Source: Syntrophales bacterium
Lineage (GTDB): Bacteria > Desulfobacterota > Syntrophia > Syntrophales > PHBD01
DNA length: 64,000 bases
Reading direction: 5' to 3'
NCBI GenBank assembly: GCA_963668175.1
Contig: OY764159.1
Span: forward strand, 2,016,001 to 2,080,000
The notes beneath the pieces were generated by a model that ran no database searches, had not been told where the DNA came from, and saw only the letters and a list, made by a program, of their open reading frames with translations. Positions within the stretch are counted from its first letter, which is position 1, and every line of letters starts with the position of its first letter. The position numbers and the translations under genes were made by a program. Positions 55,148 through 64,000 of the stretch are shown piece after piece.

Positions 55148-55191
55148 CCTGAACGTCCGTGAAACACGGCTGTGACCGCCCCGTCGATGTT

Positions 55192-55467
55192 TCAGGGTTT
55201 CTTCCCCTCTCCCATCGTGAAGTACTCCTCGATCTTCTTGAAATTATCGTCGGTAGCGGCCTTGAACATATCCCTCTTCTCCTTGTAAGCCTTGATCCAC
55301 TCCACGATCATCTGGTTCCCGTCCTGGGGGAACCAGGGGTACTGCTGGAATAGCGCCGTGAGCGTCTTTTCCGCCTGGTCCTGCAGGGCGCACATCGTTT
55401 TGTAGGAGTTGTCGAACGTGGTTTTGTAGAAGTTCATCATCTGTTTGCCGATTTGGTTTGAATCCAT
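55192..55467 (-). CDS. Small helical protein, possibly phasin-like
   Basis: 91 aa amphipathic, KQMMNFYKTTFDNS..QDQAEK..W; RBS AGGGGAG. Confidence 0.65.
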   Translation of the reverse strand: MDSNQIGKQMMNFYKTTFDNSYKTMCALQDQAEKTLTALFQQYPWFPQDGNQMIVEWIKAYKEKRDMFKAATDDNFKKIEEYFTMGEGKKP

Positions 55468-55860
55468 GCTTAGCTCCCCTTTCCTGGAATAGTTGCTGCT
55501 TCGGATGCACCACTCACCAATGGTATTATCGGCGTTTTTAAGAATAAATCAAGCTTCAATACTGAAAATCGTGTATTACAGGCGCCCGTGCGGCGGGCGG
55601 AGATGCAAGACTGTCAAACCTTTGCCGGCAAAGAAACGTGCAAACCGATACTGTGAGGGAGAAGCGACCGCCCGTTCAGGCGAGTGCCGATACCCGTTCC
55701 GCATTGGGGCGGACTGACGGGAGGAGGGAGGGGAGGCGCCCCCGGCGGGCCATGCCCGTCTGACGGTGCATCGTCCTGAGCTTGATCTGCCGGTGCCTCC
55801 GCCGCGGCGCGGCCGGAAAGGGGCCGCGCCGTCGGCGGCAGGCGGTTGGAGTGTGCCGTC

Positions 55861-56706
55861 TCAGCCTGTCGTGTCGATGGTCGTCGACAGAAGGGCGGTG
55901 AGCAGGTTCTGTATCCTGCTGTAGGAGTTGCTGGCCGTGCTCGCGGTCAGCGAGTTGTTCTCCAGGTACGCGTTCAGCTCGTCTTCGCTGATGGTGCCGT
56001 CGCCGTTCGTGTCGATGGCGCTGAAGACCGACGTGGAACCGGAAGAGTTCTCGGCGCCGATGCCTCCGGCTCCGCCCGGCGGGGGCGGAGGCGGGGGGGG
56101 ACCCATGGCCTCGGTCGAATTGCCCATGGCCGTCTTCAGCTCGTCGAGGGTGACCGATCCGTCGCTGTCCGTATCGGCCGCGGCGAACTTGGAAGCGCCG
56201 TCCGTCGACCCGAAGACGGAGATCATCTCCTCTTCCGAGATGCTGCCGTCGCTGTTCGTGTCGAGCTTGGCGAAGAGCTCCTTGCTCATCTGCGTCTGCC
56301 GGCCGCTTTCCATGGCCGTTTTCAGCTCGGTGGCGGTGACCGACCCGTCGCCGTCCGTATCGGCTTCGGCGAACTTCGCGGCGCCGTCGGTCGAGCCGAA
56401 GGCCGCGATCATCTCTTCCTCGCTGATGGCATTGTCGCTGTTCGAATCCAGCTTGGCGAAGACGTCTTCGCTCGACTCCATCTTGTGCTGCCTTCCCATT
56501 TGCGAAAGGCCGGAATTGGATTCAAGCAGGCCGGACAGCGCGTCGCTGTTGTCGCCAAGGCTGCTCAAAAGCTCGCTGATGCTGCTGTCGCTCGAATCGG
56601 TGGTGCTCGTCGTAAACGCGCTGCTTTCCGACCCCTTGAGCAATGTCTGCCACAACTGAAGCAATGCAGACGAACTGCCGATGCCGCTTATTCCCGTTGT
56701 TGACAT
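55861..56706 (-). CDS. Multi-EF-hand Ca2+-binding protein
   Basis: Five DxN/DxDGxxS/TxxE loops (DSNSDNAISEEE, DTDGDGSVTATE, DTNSDGSISEEE, DTDSDGSVTLDE, DTNGDGTISEDE), poly-Pro linker, Ser-rich N-terminus; RBS AAGGAG. Confidence 0.88.
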   Translation of the reverse strand: MSTTGISGIGSSSALLQLWQTLLKGSESSAFTTSTTDSSDSSISELLSSLGDNSDALSGLLESNSGLSQMGRQHKMESSEDVFAKLDSNSDNAISEEEMIAAFGSTDGAAKFAEADTDGDGSVTATELKTAMESGRQTQMSKELFAKLDTNSDGSISEEEMISVFGSTDGASKFAAADTDSDGSVTLDELKTAMGNSTEAMGPPPPPPPPGGAGGIGAENSSGSTSVFSAIDTNGDGTISEDELNAYLENNSLTASTASNSYSRIQNLLTALLSTTIDTTG

Positions 56707-56781
56707 GGTCTAGCTCCTTTCTTTAATGAATTTGTCGGCTACCTTCACTTTGCTTATCGGCATTCTCCCACTCTATCTTCT

Positions 56782-57089
56782 GTAAACAATTGTTAATAAA
56801 ATGTTTTGCCCGACGACCGGGGGCAGGGAAACCTTAACAATTGTTTACCGGCTGTAACGGAACGGAAGGACTATGCCGGCAACCGGGTATCCTGAGGGCG
56901 ACGCAGCAAGGGACGTACCGGCGGAAAGGCCGGTTCGGCGGCTCCGAACGGTTTTACAATTGTTCACGGGCGGGCAGGTAGCGGCGATTGTCCGGCAACG
57001 GTATGCCGCAAAGGGGAAGGGGCTGCGGTACGGGCCTGACTGCTGCGGCGGCGCGGCCGGGCCAAGGGCGAAAATTAACAAATATTAAC
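56782..57089. promoter_or_regulatory. Four related 15-bp boxes, candidate OmpR/CpxR-family binding sites
   Basis: GTAAACAATTGTTAA (56782), its exact reverse complement TTAACAATTGTTTAC (56834), TTTACAATTGTTCAC (56953), TTAACAAATATTAAC (57075). Confidence 0.6.
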
Positions 57090-57378
57090 AAATGGGAGGC
57101 TTCGGGGACGGTCTTTCCCGGGCTGCCGAGGGCCGTTGCGCGTGCCGGTCCGGCAACGGCTGCAGATCCTCCGGCAAAATTTGCCCGCCGGTTTCCGGGC
57201 GGGTCCGGTTACTGCCGGCGGGATATTTTTCCGGGAGATCAGGAAAAGCGAACCGGCGAATCGGGGAATACCTGATAGTAAAAACCTACCAATGGCCTAT
57301 CATAATCTCCGGATGGAACGGACCCGATAAGACGTGTATCATGCGCACGAAACTCATTTTATTAGGAGGCGGAAACGA

Positions 57379-57864
57379 ATGCGGAAAACTCCCACGATTA
57401 TTATGATAGCGGCGATGGTCATTCTGACGGCGGCAGCCGTGTATGCGGACGGTTCGTCCGGTAACGGCAAACCGGGCGTCATGATGCTGGCGGCGAAAGC
57501 CGATATGCAGAAGGCCCCCGACTTTCCTCCCATGGCGGGTCCGGGCAAGAAGGTCGCCATCGGGGGCGGCAGCTACCTCATCTATGATTTCGACAAGAAA
57601 CCGAAGATGGGAACGGTCATCATGAAGGTCGATATCTATAAGGCGGACGGCGGCAAAGAGACGTCGCTCACCGTCAAGGCCGACGCGGGGATGCCCTCCA
57701 TGCGGGGCGCCCACGACACGGGCGAGAAGCCCTTCCAGCTCAACAAGAAGGGGACCTACCTCATCCCGATATCCCTGGTGATGCCGGGCGACTGGGAAAT
57801 CAAGCTCTCCGTCTGGAAGGAGGGTAAAGCCATCTTCAGGGGCCGGTACAATTTTGATATTTAA
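57379..57864 (+). CDS. Periplasmic FixH/YtkA-like protein
   Basis: Signal peptide; AGMPSMRGAH, GTY...LVMPGDWEIKL. Confidence 0.72.
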   Translation: MRKTPTIIMIAAMVILTAAAVYADGSSGNGKPGVMMLAAKADMQKAPDFPPMAGPGKKVAIGGGSYLIYDFDKKPKMGTVIMKVDIYKADGGKETSLTVKADAGMPSMRGAHDTGEKPFQLNKKGTYLIPISLVMPGDWEIKLSVWKEGKAIFRGRYNFDI

Positions 57865-58858
57865 GACGCTCGCCATCGTTCTATCGCTTTTCTGCTTCGC
57901 CTTCGCGGCGCAGGCGGCGGACCACCTCCTCTACTTCGAGGCCCAGGGGGTCGGCATGTGGTCGAGCGAAAAGAAGAAGACCGTCTTCTATTCCCAGAAC
58001 CCCGACGCGGAGATGCAAAAACCGGGCGTCGGTTTCGATTATCTGCAAAAACTCTCGGGCGAGTCGGGGGACTGGGGGAGCATCGCCCTCCAGGGGCGCC
58101 TCGCGCTCTCCGAGGACCTGGACAGCAACGAAAACGGCAACGCTTACAAGGTGGAACCCCAGATCTACAACGCCTACCTGAAGGTGAAGACGCCCGTCAC
58201 CTACGTCTGGGTCGGGCACAACCGCCCGGCCTTCGGCCTGTCGTCCTATTTCGACAGCCACGCCCTGATCCTCCGGACCCTGGCCATCCAGGGGTTCGGC
58301 TACGACCGCGACTGGGGGGCGGGGCTCTACCGGGACTTCTCCTGGGGAGATGTCGCCGCGACGGCCACGACCGGCTCGGGGATGCCGATCCTTTTTAAAG
58401 GCGGCAACTACATGACGGCGGCCCGCGTCTCCTACGGGGTATTGAGCCGCGACAATTACAACCTCGGCGTCTCCGGGGGATACGGCTATACCCTGGATAC
58501 GATGGGCTACAAGCTCATGGACCCGGAGCCGCAGCTCATGAGGATGGGGGCCGTCGATTTCACGTACCTCCGGAACAGCTTCGAGCACCGGTTCGACGTC
58601 TATGCCGGGACGTGGCTGGGCAAGGACATGCACGCCCTCTTTTACCGGCTCGGCTGGAACATCGACCGGGAGGCGCGCTTCAAGCTGGAGGGCCAGCCCG
58701 TGTTCTGGAAATTGGGGGACGACCGCAACTACCAGCTCTCGGTTTGCCTGTCCGTGGCGGTCACGTCGACCTTCACGGTCCGCCTGGGTTACACTTACGA
58801 CCATGCGGCGGACGACAACCAGGTCGTCCTGCAGCTCTACTTCTACCGGCCCATTTGA
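57854..58858 (+). CDS. Exported protein, probable outer-membrane beta-barrel
   Basis: AQA signal peptide, alternating aromatic beta-strand pattern, YNAY..WVGHNRPAFGL, C-terminal LQLYFY. Confidence 0.65.
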   Translation: MIFKTLAIVLSLFCFAFAAQAADHLLYFEAQGVGMWSSEKKKTVFYSQNPDAEMQKPGVGFDYLQKLSGESGDWGSIALQGRLALSEDLDSNENGNAYKVEPQIYNAYLKVKTPVTYVWVGHNRPAFGLSSYFDSHALILRTLAIQGFGYDRDWGAGLYRDFSWGDVAATATTGSGMPILFKGGNYMTAARVSYGVLSRDNYNLGVSGGYGYTLDTMGYKLMDPEPQLMRMGAVDFTYLRNSFEHRFDVYAGTWLGKDMHALFYRLGWNIDREARFKLEGQPVFWKLGDDRNYQLSVCLSVAVTSTFTVRLGYTYDHAADDNQVVLQLYFYRPI

Positions 58859-58882
58859 GGCCGAGAAAAGGACTGAAACGAT

Positions 58883-59569
58883 ATGAGCGGAAAAATATTC
58901 CCGGGAATTCGGGGAGCATCGCCCTTGCTCCGCGCCGTGTGCCTGCTTGCGGCTTGCCTCCTGGTCCTGGCGTGGCACACGGCCCTCTGGGCCGCCGTCG
59001 GCTGCGACCTGAACGACCCGGATCGGGACGTGGCGCGGCTCTTCCCCGAATCGACAGGATACAAGACGGTCTATACCTCCATCCTGAAGGCGGGCGGCGA
59101 GAATCTCCTGACGAAGGTGGAGGCGCGGCTGGGGGATAAATTCAAGGGCATCTTCGAGACGGCGGACGTCCCCTACACGATCTACGAGATATACAAAGGC
59201 AAGCAACTGATCGGCTACATCCACGGCGTGAACCAGAAGGGCCAGTACGGCGGCATCCAGGTCTTTCTCTGTCTCGACATGGAGGGGAAGATCAAAGGCT
59301 TTTACATCCAGAAAATGACGAGCCAGTATGCCGCGAAGCTCCGCGACGCGAAGTTCGGCCGGCAGTTCACGGGTCTTTCCCTTGCGGACTTCATGCGGTA
59401 CGACGTCGCGTCCGGCAAGGGAACGGGGAAGGTCGAGGCGGTCAGGAACCCCGCCCCGGAGGCCGAAGAGGACTTCCGGGCGTCGCTCCGCGCGACGAAG
59501 AAAAACCTCATCCTCATGGACGAATTCGTCTATGCGGCGAAGGCGGTAAAGGGAGGACAGAAGAAATGA
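58883..59569 (+). CDS. Exported FMN_bind/RnfG-like protein
   Basis: Signal/TM segment; KGQYGGIQVFLCLDMEGKI...F.RQFTG. Confidence 0.6.
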   Translation: MSGKIFPGIRGASPLLRAVCLLAACLLVLAWHTALWAAVGCDLNDPDRDVARLFPESTGYKTVYTSILKAGGENLLTKVEARLGDKFKGIFETADVPYTIYEIYKGKQLIGYIHGVNQKGQYGGIQVFLCLDMEGKIKGFYIQKMTSQYAAKLRDAKFGRQFTGLSLADFMRYDVASGKGTGKVEAVRNPAPEAEEDFRASLRATKKNLILMDEFVYAAKAVKGGQKK

Positions 59570-60759
59570 TATCCAAGTTCCAGGTGGCCTATAAGAACCT
59601 GTTGCGGAAAAAGGTCCGTACGCTCCTCACCCTCGTCGGCATCTCGCTTTCGTCGTGGGTGCTCGTGAGCCTCCTCGGCTTCAACCAGGGCTACGAGGCG
59701 TCGCTCAACAGGGACATCGACAACATGGGCTTCCAGATCATGATCATGGCGAAGGGCTGCCCCTACGAGGCGGCCACCCTCATGCTCAAGGGCGGGACGG
59801 GCCTGCGCTACATGAAGGAAGACGTCATGAAGGACATCGCGAAGGAGCCGGACGTGGAGAAGCTGACGCCGATCCTCATGACGGCCCTCTTCGACCCCAA
59901 CAAGGGCGAGTCGGGCGGCATCGCGGCCTACTTCGGCATCGACTCGAAGACCTTCGCCGAACTGAAGCCCTTCCTGAAATTCAAGCAGGGCGGCTGGTTC
60001 TCGGGCGACGACGTCCGCGAGGTCGTCATGGGCTACGAGGCGGCGGAGCTGGAGCAGCGCGAGGTGGGCGACAAGATCCTCATGCCCGAAAAGAACATCG
60101 AGTTCAAGGTCGTGGGCATCCTGGAGCGGACGGGAACGCAGGACGACGGGACGATCTTCGCGCCCATCAAGACCCTCCAGAAGATCTTCGACCGGCCCGA
60201 CGAGATCACCACCATCGGCATCCGGCTGAAGAAGGGCGTGGACAGCACGCGCCTGGAGGACAAGCTCTACAAGCTCCCGGACGTCCAGGTGGTGAGCCTC
60301 GCGCAGGTGAAGGACACGATCATGAAGCTGATCTCGACGGCCAAGGTGATGGTCCTGTCGATCGCGGCCATCGCGATCCTCATCGCCATGGTGGGCGTGA
60401 TCAACACGATCCTGACGTCCGTGTGGGAGCGCTTTCAGGAGATCGGCATTTTGAAGACCGTGGGCGCCATGCCGTGGGACGTCTTCAAGCTCATCTGGAT
60501 CGAGACGCTCATCCTCTGCACGGCGGGCGGCATCGTCGGGATCGTGCTGGCGGTGTTGCTGGCCCGCATGACGGACGTGCTCATGCGGCGGCTCTTGCCT
60601 TACGCGCCGGGCGGGGGCCTCGTTATCATCGACTTTAAGCTCGTCGTGATCACGCTCTTCGGCATCCTCGCCATCGGGCTCGTCAGCGGCATCTATCCCG
60701 CCTGGCGGGCGGGGCGGATCAGGCCCCTGGAGGCGATCAGAGGGGAGGGCGGGCGATGA
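59566..60759 (+). CDS. MacB/FtsX-type ABC transporter permease
   Basis: KNLLRKKVRTLLTLVGI, SVWERFQEIGILKTVGA, YPAWRAGRIRPLEAIR. Confidence 0.93.
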   Translation: MISKFQVAYKNLLRKKVRTLLTLVGISLSSWVLVSLLGFNQGYEASLNRDIDNMGFQIMIMAKGCPYEAATLMLKGGTGLRYMKEDVMKDIAKEPDVEKLTPILMTALFDPNKGESGGIAAYFGIDSKTFAELKPFLKFKQGGWFSGDDVREVVMGYEAAELEQREVGDKILMPEKNIEFKVVGILERTGTQDDGTIFAPIKTLQKIFDRPDEITTIGIRLKKGVDSTRLEDKLYKLPDVQVVSLAQVKDTIMKLISTAKVMVLSIAAIAILIAMVGVINTILTSVWERFQEIGILKTVGAMPWDVFKLIWIETLILCTAGGIVGIVLAVLLARMTDVLMRRLLPYAPGGGLVIIDFKLVVITLFGILAIGLVSGIYPAWRAGRIRPLEAIRGEGGR

Positions 60760-61460
60760 ACCAAAACAATGGAGCCATCGAGGCGGCCGGCCTCACCAAG
60801 GTCTATTCCCGCGGCATCGAGAAGGTCGTTTCGGTGAACGAGGTTTCCTTCCGGATCGAAAAGGGAGACTTCGTCTCCGTCATCGGCCCGTCGGGGTCGG
60901 GCAAGACCACTCTCATCAACCTCCTGGGCTGCCTCGACAACCCCACGTCGGGCATCCTGAAACTGGGCGGCCGGCCGATCTTCGGCGACGGCAAGCCCCT
61001 GTCGGAGAAGGAGCTGACGCGGATCAGGCGGGAGACCTACGGCTACATCTTCCAGAACTTCTACCTCATCCCGACGCTCACCGTCCGGGAAAACGTCATG
61101 CTGCCCTGGACGTTCTATAAAAAAGCCGACGCGGAGAAGGACGTAGACCGCCTGCTCAAACTCTTCGGGATCGACCACCGCCAGGATCACCTGCCCGACC
61201 AGATCTCCGGCGGCGAGATGCAGCGCGTGGTGATCGCCCGGGCCATGGTGAACCGGCCGGAAATCCTTCTTGCCGACGAGCCGACGGGGAACCTCGACAC
61301 GAAGCGGTCCGTGGAGATCGTGACCGTCCTCAAGGAGCTGAATGTCGCGACGGGCCTGACCGTCGTCATGGTCACGCACAACCCGGAACTGGCGCGCTAC
61401 GCCGGCCGCATCTTCGAGATGCGCGACGGCCGGATCGACCGGATCGAGAAGGTCGCGTAG
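60756..61460 (+). CDS. ABC transporter ATP-binding protein (LolD/MacB type)
   Basis: [31 protein letters not shown]. Confidence 0.95.
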   Translation: MNQNNGAIEAAGLTKVYSRGIEKVVSVNEVSFRIEKGDFVSVIGPSGSGKTTLINLLGCLDNPTSGILKLGGRPIFGDGKPLSEKELTRIRRETYGYIFQNFYLIPTLTVRENVMLPWTFYKKADAEKDVDRLLKLFGIDHRQDHLPDQISGGEMQRVVIARAMVNRPEILLADEPTGNLDTKRSVEIVTVLKELNVATGLTVVMVTHNPELARYAGRIFEMRDGRIDRIEKVA

Positions 61461-61541
61461 GCGGCGGCTACGGCGGCCGGAGGCGCGAATGCTCCGCGCC
61501 TCAATCCCGATAGCGGCGTTTGCGCCCACTGCGGGCCGCAA

Positions 61542-62447
61542 TCAGTACGGCGCCGTGGGCGGCGTGAAATTGGAAGTCCAGAGGGCCTTGCCCTTGGTGA
61601 TGTGGATTTCGTCAATATATCCGACAAAATTATAAGACCCGTCAAAGCGCCTCCCGATTTTCAATTCATTTGAACTTGGCCCCACTGTTCCACTGAAAGA
61701 ACAAGAGGCAACCGATGTTCCATCCATATATATGGTTATGGTGTTTGCGGACCTTACAAGTGCCAGATGGTACCATTGACCCGTATTCCATATTATCCCC
61801 GATGTTTCAACATGAAAATCATTCGTTTGTGAATTCCAGTTTTCAAAGCGGAGTTGATAGGATGGCGTGAAAGTAAATTCAAACCCCGAGTACCCTCTTG
61901 AGTCATGTGTGGCAAGGGGCACTTGCCACATTCCTTGATCCAATCGTTTGATCCAGAAATCGATCGTGAAATCGCCACTGCCGAAATTAAAATCATCGCT
62001 ATTCGGAATGGTCACATAACCGGACCCGTCCAGGTATAAAGATCCGGTGCCGAATTTTGGAGATGTTGTGGATATCTGCGCCGTGCCATGCACTATCGCA
62101 GTATGGGGTATGTATGACGAATCGGTAAATGTCGTCGAGCCGGAAGTTCCGTCGAAGTGCAGCAACAGTTTTTCATACGCACCGGGCATGAACGGCTGCC
62201 AGTTTGAACCGTTGCAAAATTCCATGATTTTATAAGTCGCGTTATAGCGAACAGCGCCTTCAATGGCTGAAGAGCAGGAAGCATTGCCATTGCCGACGCG
62301 GACGTCGCCGTTCACGTCCAGTTTCGATGCGGGGGAAGTCGTTCCGATACCGAGTTTCCCGTTGACGATCATATCCCCGTCCGCAGCAGACGCCGTTGTG
62401 CCGATGAGCAAAAACCCCAGGATGCATACCAACCGCATGGTCTTCAT
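61542..62447 (-). CDS. Secreted LamG/concanavalin-like domain protein with fibre-like GIGTTSP stalk
   Basis: Signal peptide; GKLGIGTTSPASKLDVNG; LLLHFDG, DFTIDFW, WYHLALVR, GYIDEIHITKG. Confidence 0.8.
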   Translation of the reverse strand: MKTMRLVCILGFLLIGTTASAADGDMIVNGKLGIGTTSPASKLDVNGDVRVGNGNASCSSAIEGAVRYNATYKIMEFCNGSNWQPFMPGAYEKLLLHFDGTSGSTTFTDSSYIPHTAIVHGTAQISTTSPKFGTGSLYLDGSGYVTIPNSDDFNFGSGDFTIDFWIKRLDQGMWQVPLATHDSRGYSGFEFTFTPSYQLRFENWNSQTNDFHVETSGIIWNTGQWYHLALVRSANTITIYMDGTSVASCSFSGTVGPSSNELKIGRRFDGSYNFVGYIDEIHITKGKALWTSNFTPPTAPY

Positions 62448-62462
62448 AAACCGCTTCCTTTC

Positions 62463-63482
62463 TTATTGCGTGTTCAAGATGAAATTCTTGATGGTTAGGG
62501 TCCCGCCGCCTGCATATGTACGGATCGACCCCGTGAGGGTGGTCGTTCCGGCGATACTCGAATAATCGGTGTTGTAGCCGCCTTCGATGGACACCGAGAT
62601 GTCGCGGTTTACGTTGAGGCTCTCGGTACGGCTCACGGCCTGCATCTGGATCGTTGCGCCGTTTGCCGCGGCGTCGTAGGCCGCCTGGAGCGTCGCGTAA
62701 TATGTGGGCGTCGCCCCCGCGATCCTGATCCAGGATGCGCCGATGAAGTAGGTCTCGGTCCTGATCGTTTCAAGGTTGCCCGCCAGGTCGGAGGCGAAGA
62801 ACTTCAGCGTCGTCGAGGCCGCGATGTTCAGGGCCGAGGCATATTGCGAAGACGCCGTCGTGGGCGTCGTGCCGTCGGTCGTGTAGTAGATCTTGTCGCA
62901 GCCCGAACCGGAGCCGTCGCCGCATGTCAACGCCACCGACTGGGCCGACGCAAACGACCCGCCCGCGGGCGAGGCGGACGTGGACGGCGCCACGGTGTCC
63001 AGGAGGACGGCATCGTTGAACGCCGCGGACCAGTTGCCTGCCGCGTCCTTGAACTTGGCATAGACGCCTTTGGTGCCGTCCCCCGACGCGAGGCTCCAGG
63101 ATTTGGTCGCGGCGAAGGCCTCGGGCGTGGAGTAGTTCGTGTCGTCGTTGGAGAACTTCATCTGCGCGCAGCCCGAAGGATCGCTGCACGTGAGCGTCAG
63201 GGCGACGACCGCGCTGTTCGTGGCGGATGCCCCGGCGTTGATCGAGACCGTTCCCGCGGGGGCGGTGACATCCGTGACGACTTTCTGGGTTCTGCTTCCC
63301 GTGTCGTCGTAGGTGTAAACGATCGTCGCGCCGTCGGGATAATCGACGCGCGTCAGGCGGTTTCCGTTGTCGTAGGTGTAAGAGACTGTTGCAGGGGAGG
63401 GGATTGCCGAAGCGAAAAACAACAGGACGGCTGCCAACGCTTCAGCGATCAAAATGTTTCTTCTCTTCTTTGTCATCGTCAT
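62463..63482 (-). CDS. Secreted protein: YD/RHS repeat, Ig-like, Fn3-associated/chitobiase-like and C-terminal beta domain
   Basis: Signal peptide; YTYDNGNRLTRVDYPDG..YTYDDTGSR; FKDAAGNWS; IYYTTDGTTP; YATLQAAYDAA..GGY. Confidence 0.8.
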   Translation of the reverse strand: MTMTKKRRNILIAEALAAVLLFFASAIPSPATVSYTYDNGNRLTRVDYPDGATIVYTYDDTGSRTQKVVTDVTAPAGTVSINAGASATNSAVVALTLTCSDPSGCAQMKFSNDDTNYSTPEAFAATKSWSLASGDGTKGVYAKFKDAAGNWSAAFNDAVLLDTVAPSTSASPAGGSFASAQSVALTCGDGSGSGCDKIYYTTDGTTPTTASSQYASALNIAASTTLKFFASDLAGNLETIRTETYFIGASWIRIAGATPTYYATLQAAYDAAANGATIQMQAVSRTESLNVNRDISVSIEGGYNTDYSSIAGTTTLTGSIRTYAGGGTLTIKNFILNTQ

Positions 63483-63771
63483 TTTATGTCCCTCCGGGGT
63501 TGAACTCAATCTGTTTCTTTGATTGTAAATATTTCTATTAGTGCTTTATTCATCGTTGGATGTTCTAAGAGGCGAGCCCGTCGGCATGGTAGTAATAGGG
63601 CGTAAAGCTTGCCCCGTTCTTTGCCTCCACCGCCAGCGGTTCGTCGATGTTATGTTGTCAAAGAACTAAAAATTCAAAGCAATAGTAACTTCAAATTCTT
63701 TTGTGAATACATTTATTTTCATAAATAGCAGAATAAGAATTAAAGTTAAATCGACGCCACTCCTGAATATC

Positions 63772-64000
63772 TCATTTGGGTTTTCCATAGGAACCGTTCT
63801 GCCAAGATTGCAGTTCGTCAATTAATTCCTCCACAGTAATGACATCATCTAACTGTGTTTCGGGAAAAGAATACACTTCCCCAACAGATTTTTCATTGCT
63901 ATTCGAATTTGCGGGCACTTCAATACCGGCACCGCTGTATGGACCATATTCCAAATAAGATTCAGCATCCTGGAAAAACCATGAAGTAACATCTTGTGTC
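63772..64000 (-). CDS. C-terminal part of an AT-rich acidic protein, 5' end beyond the window
   Basis: Frame open to the window edge (..TQDVTSWFFQDAESYLEYGP..ELQSWQNGSYGKPK*). Confidence 0.5.
   Translation of the reverse strand, partial: TQDVTSWFFQDAESYLEYGPYSGAGIEVPANSNSNEKSVGEVYSFPETQLDDVITVEELIDELQSWQNGSYGKPK

Noticed and set aside
55526..55533. Second GCCGATAA (sigma28 -10) upstream of the phasin-like gene
   Set aside because: No TAAA -35; it overlaps a plausible sigma70 TTGATT..GATAAT promoter.
56782..57089. Spaced repeats as a mini-CRISPR
   Set aside because: Units are only 15 bp, irregularly spaced and in mixed orientation; no cas genes.

Overview
GC-rich bacterial chromosome segment; gene content suggests an anaerobic deltaproteobacterium (Desulfobacterota, Syntrophales-like; inference only). 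From left to right: (1) the end of an NtrC-type sigma54 activator; (2) a 14-kb chemosensory locus (cheX, PAS hybrid kinase-Hpt, REC-PP2C phosphatase, anti-sigma kinase, STAS, cheA-REC, MCP, cheW, cheB, cheR) plus a Cache/PAS hybrid kinase; (3) a mercury-methylation operon interleaved with arsenic genes (hgcC-arsM-hgcA-hgcB-C_GCAxxG_C_C-arsN2); (4) a 9-kb accessory block with orphans, SDR/O-methyltransferase/TetR, a HigBA-like toxin-antitoxin pair, an IS481 remnant and an AT-rich three-gene island; (5) an ars operon (arsR, permease, thioredoxin-like, DGC protein, acr3, arsC) followed by a radical SAM gene; (6) ClC, MarR, pal, M50 protease, DUF2167, MFS-acyltransferase, and a large CoA-activase fusion with its divergent sigma54 activator; (7) an EF-hand protein, a five-gene envelope/ABC operon and surface-protein genes (LamG; YD/Ig). 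Two copies of a ~200-230 bp MITE-like element are present. The best candidate for an undescribed system is the AT-rich island at 31523-33838. It is a translationally coupled operon of GAF histidine kinase, stand-alone receiver, and an Mrr-like PD-(D/E)xK nuclease whose C-terminus looks like a degenerate kinase DHp domain, i.e. a possible phosphorelay-gated nuclease defence system. No tRNA, rRNA or CRISPR array was seen. All product calls come from motif recognition, not database searches.
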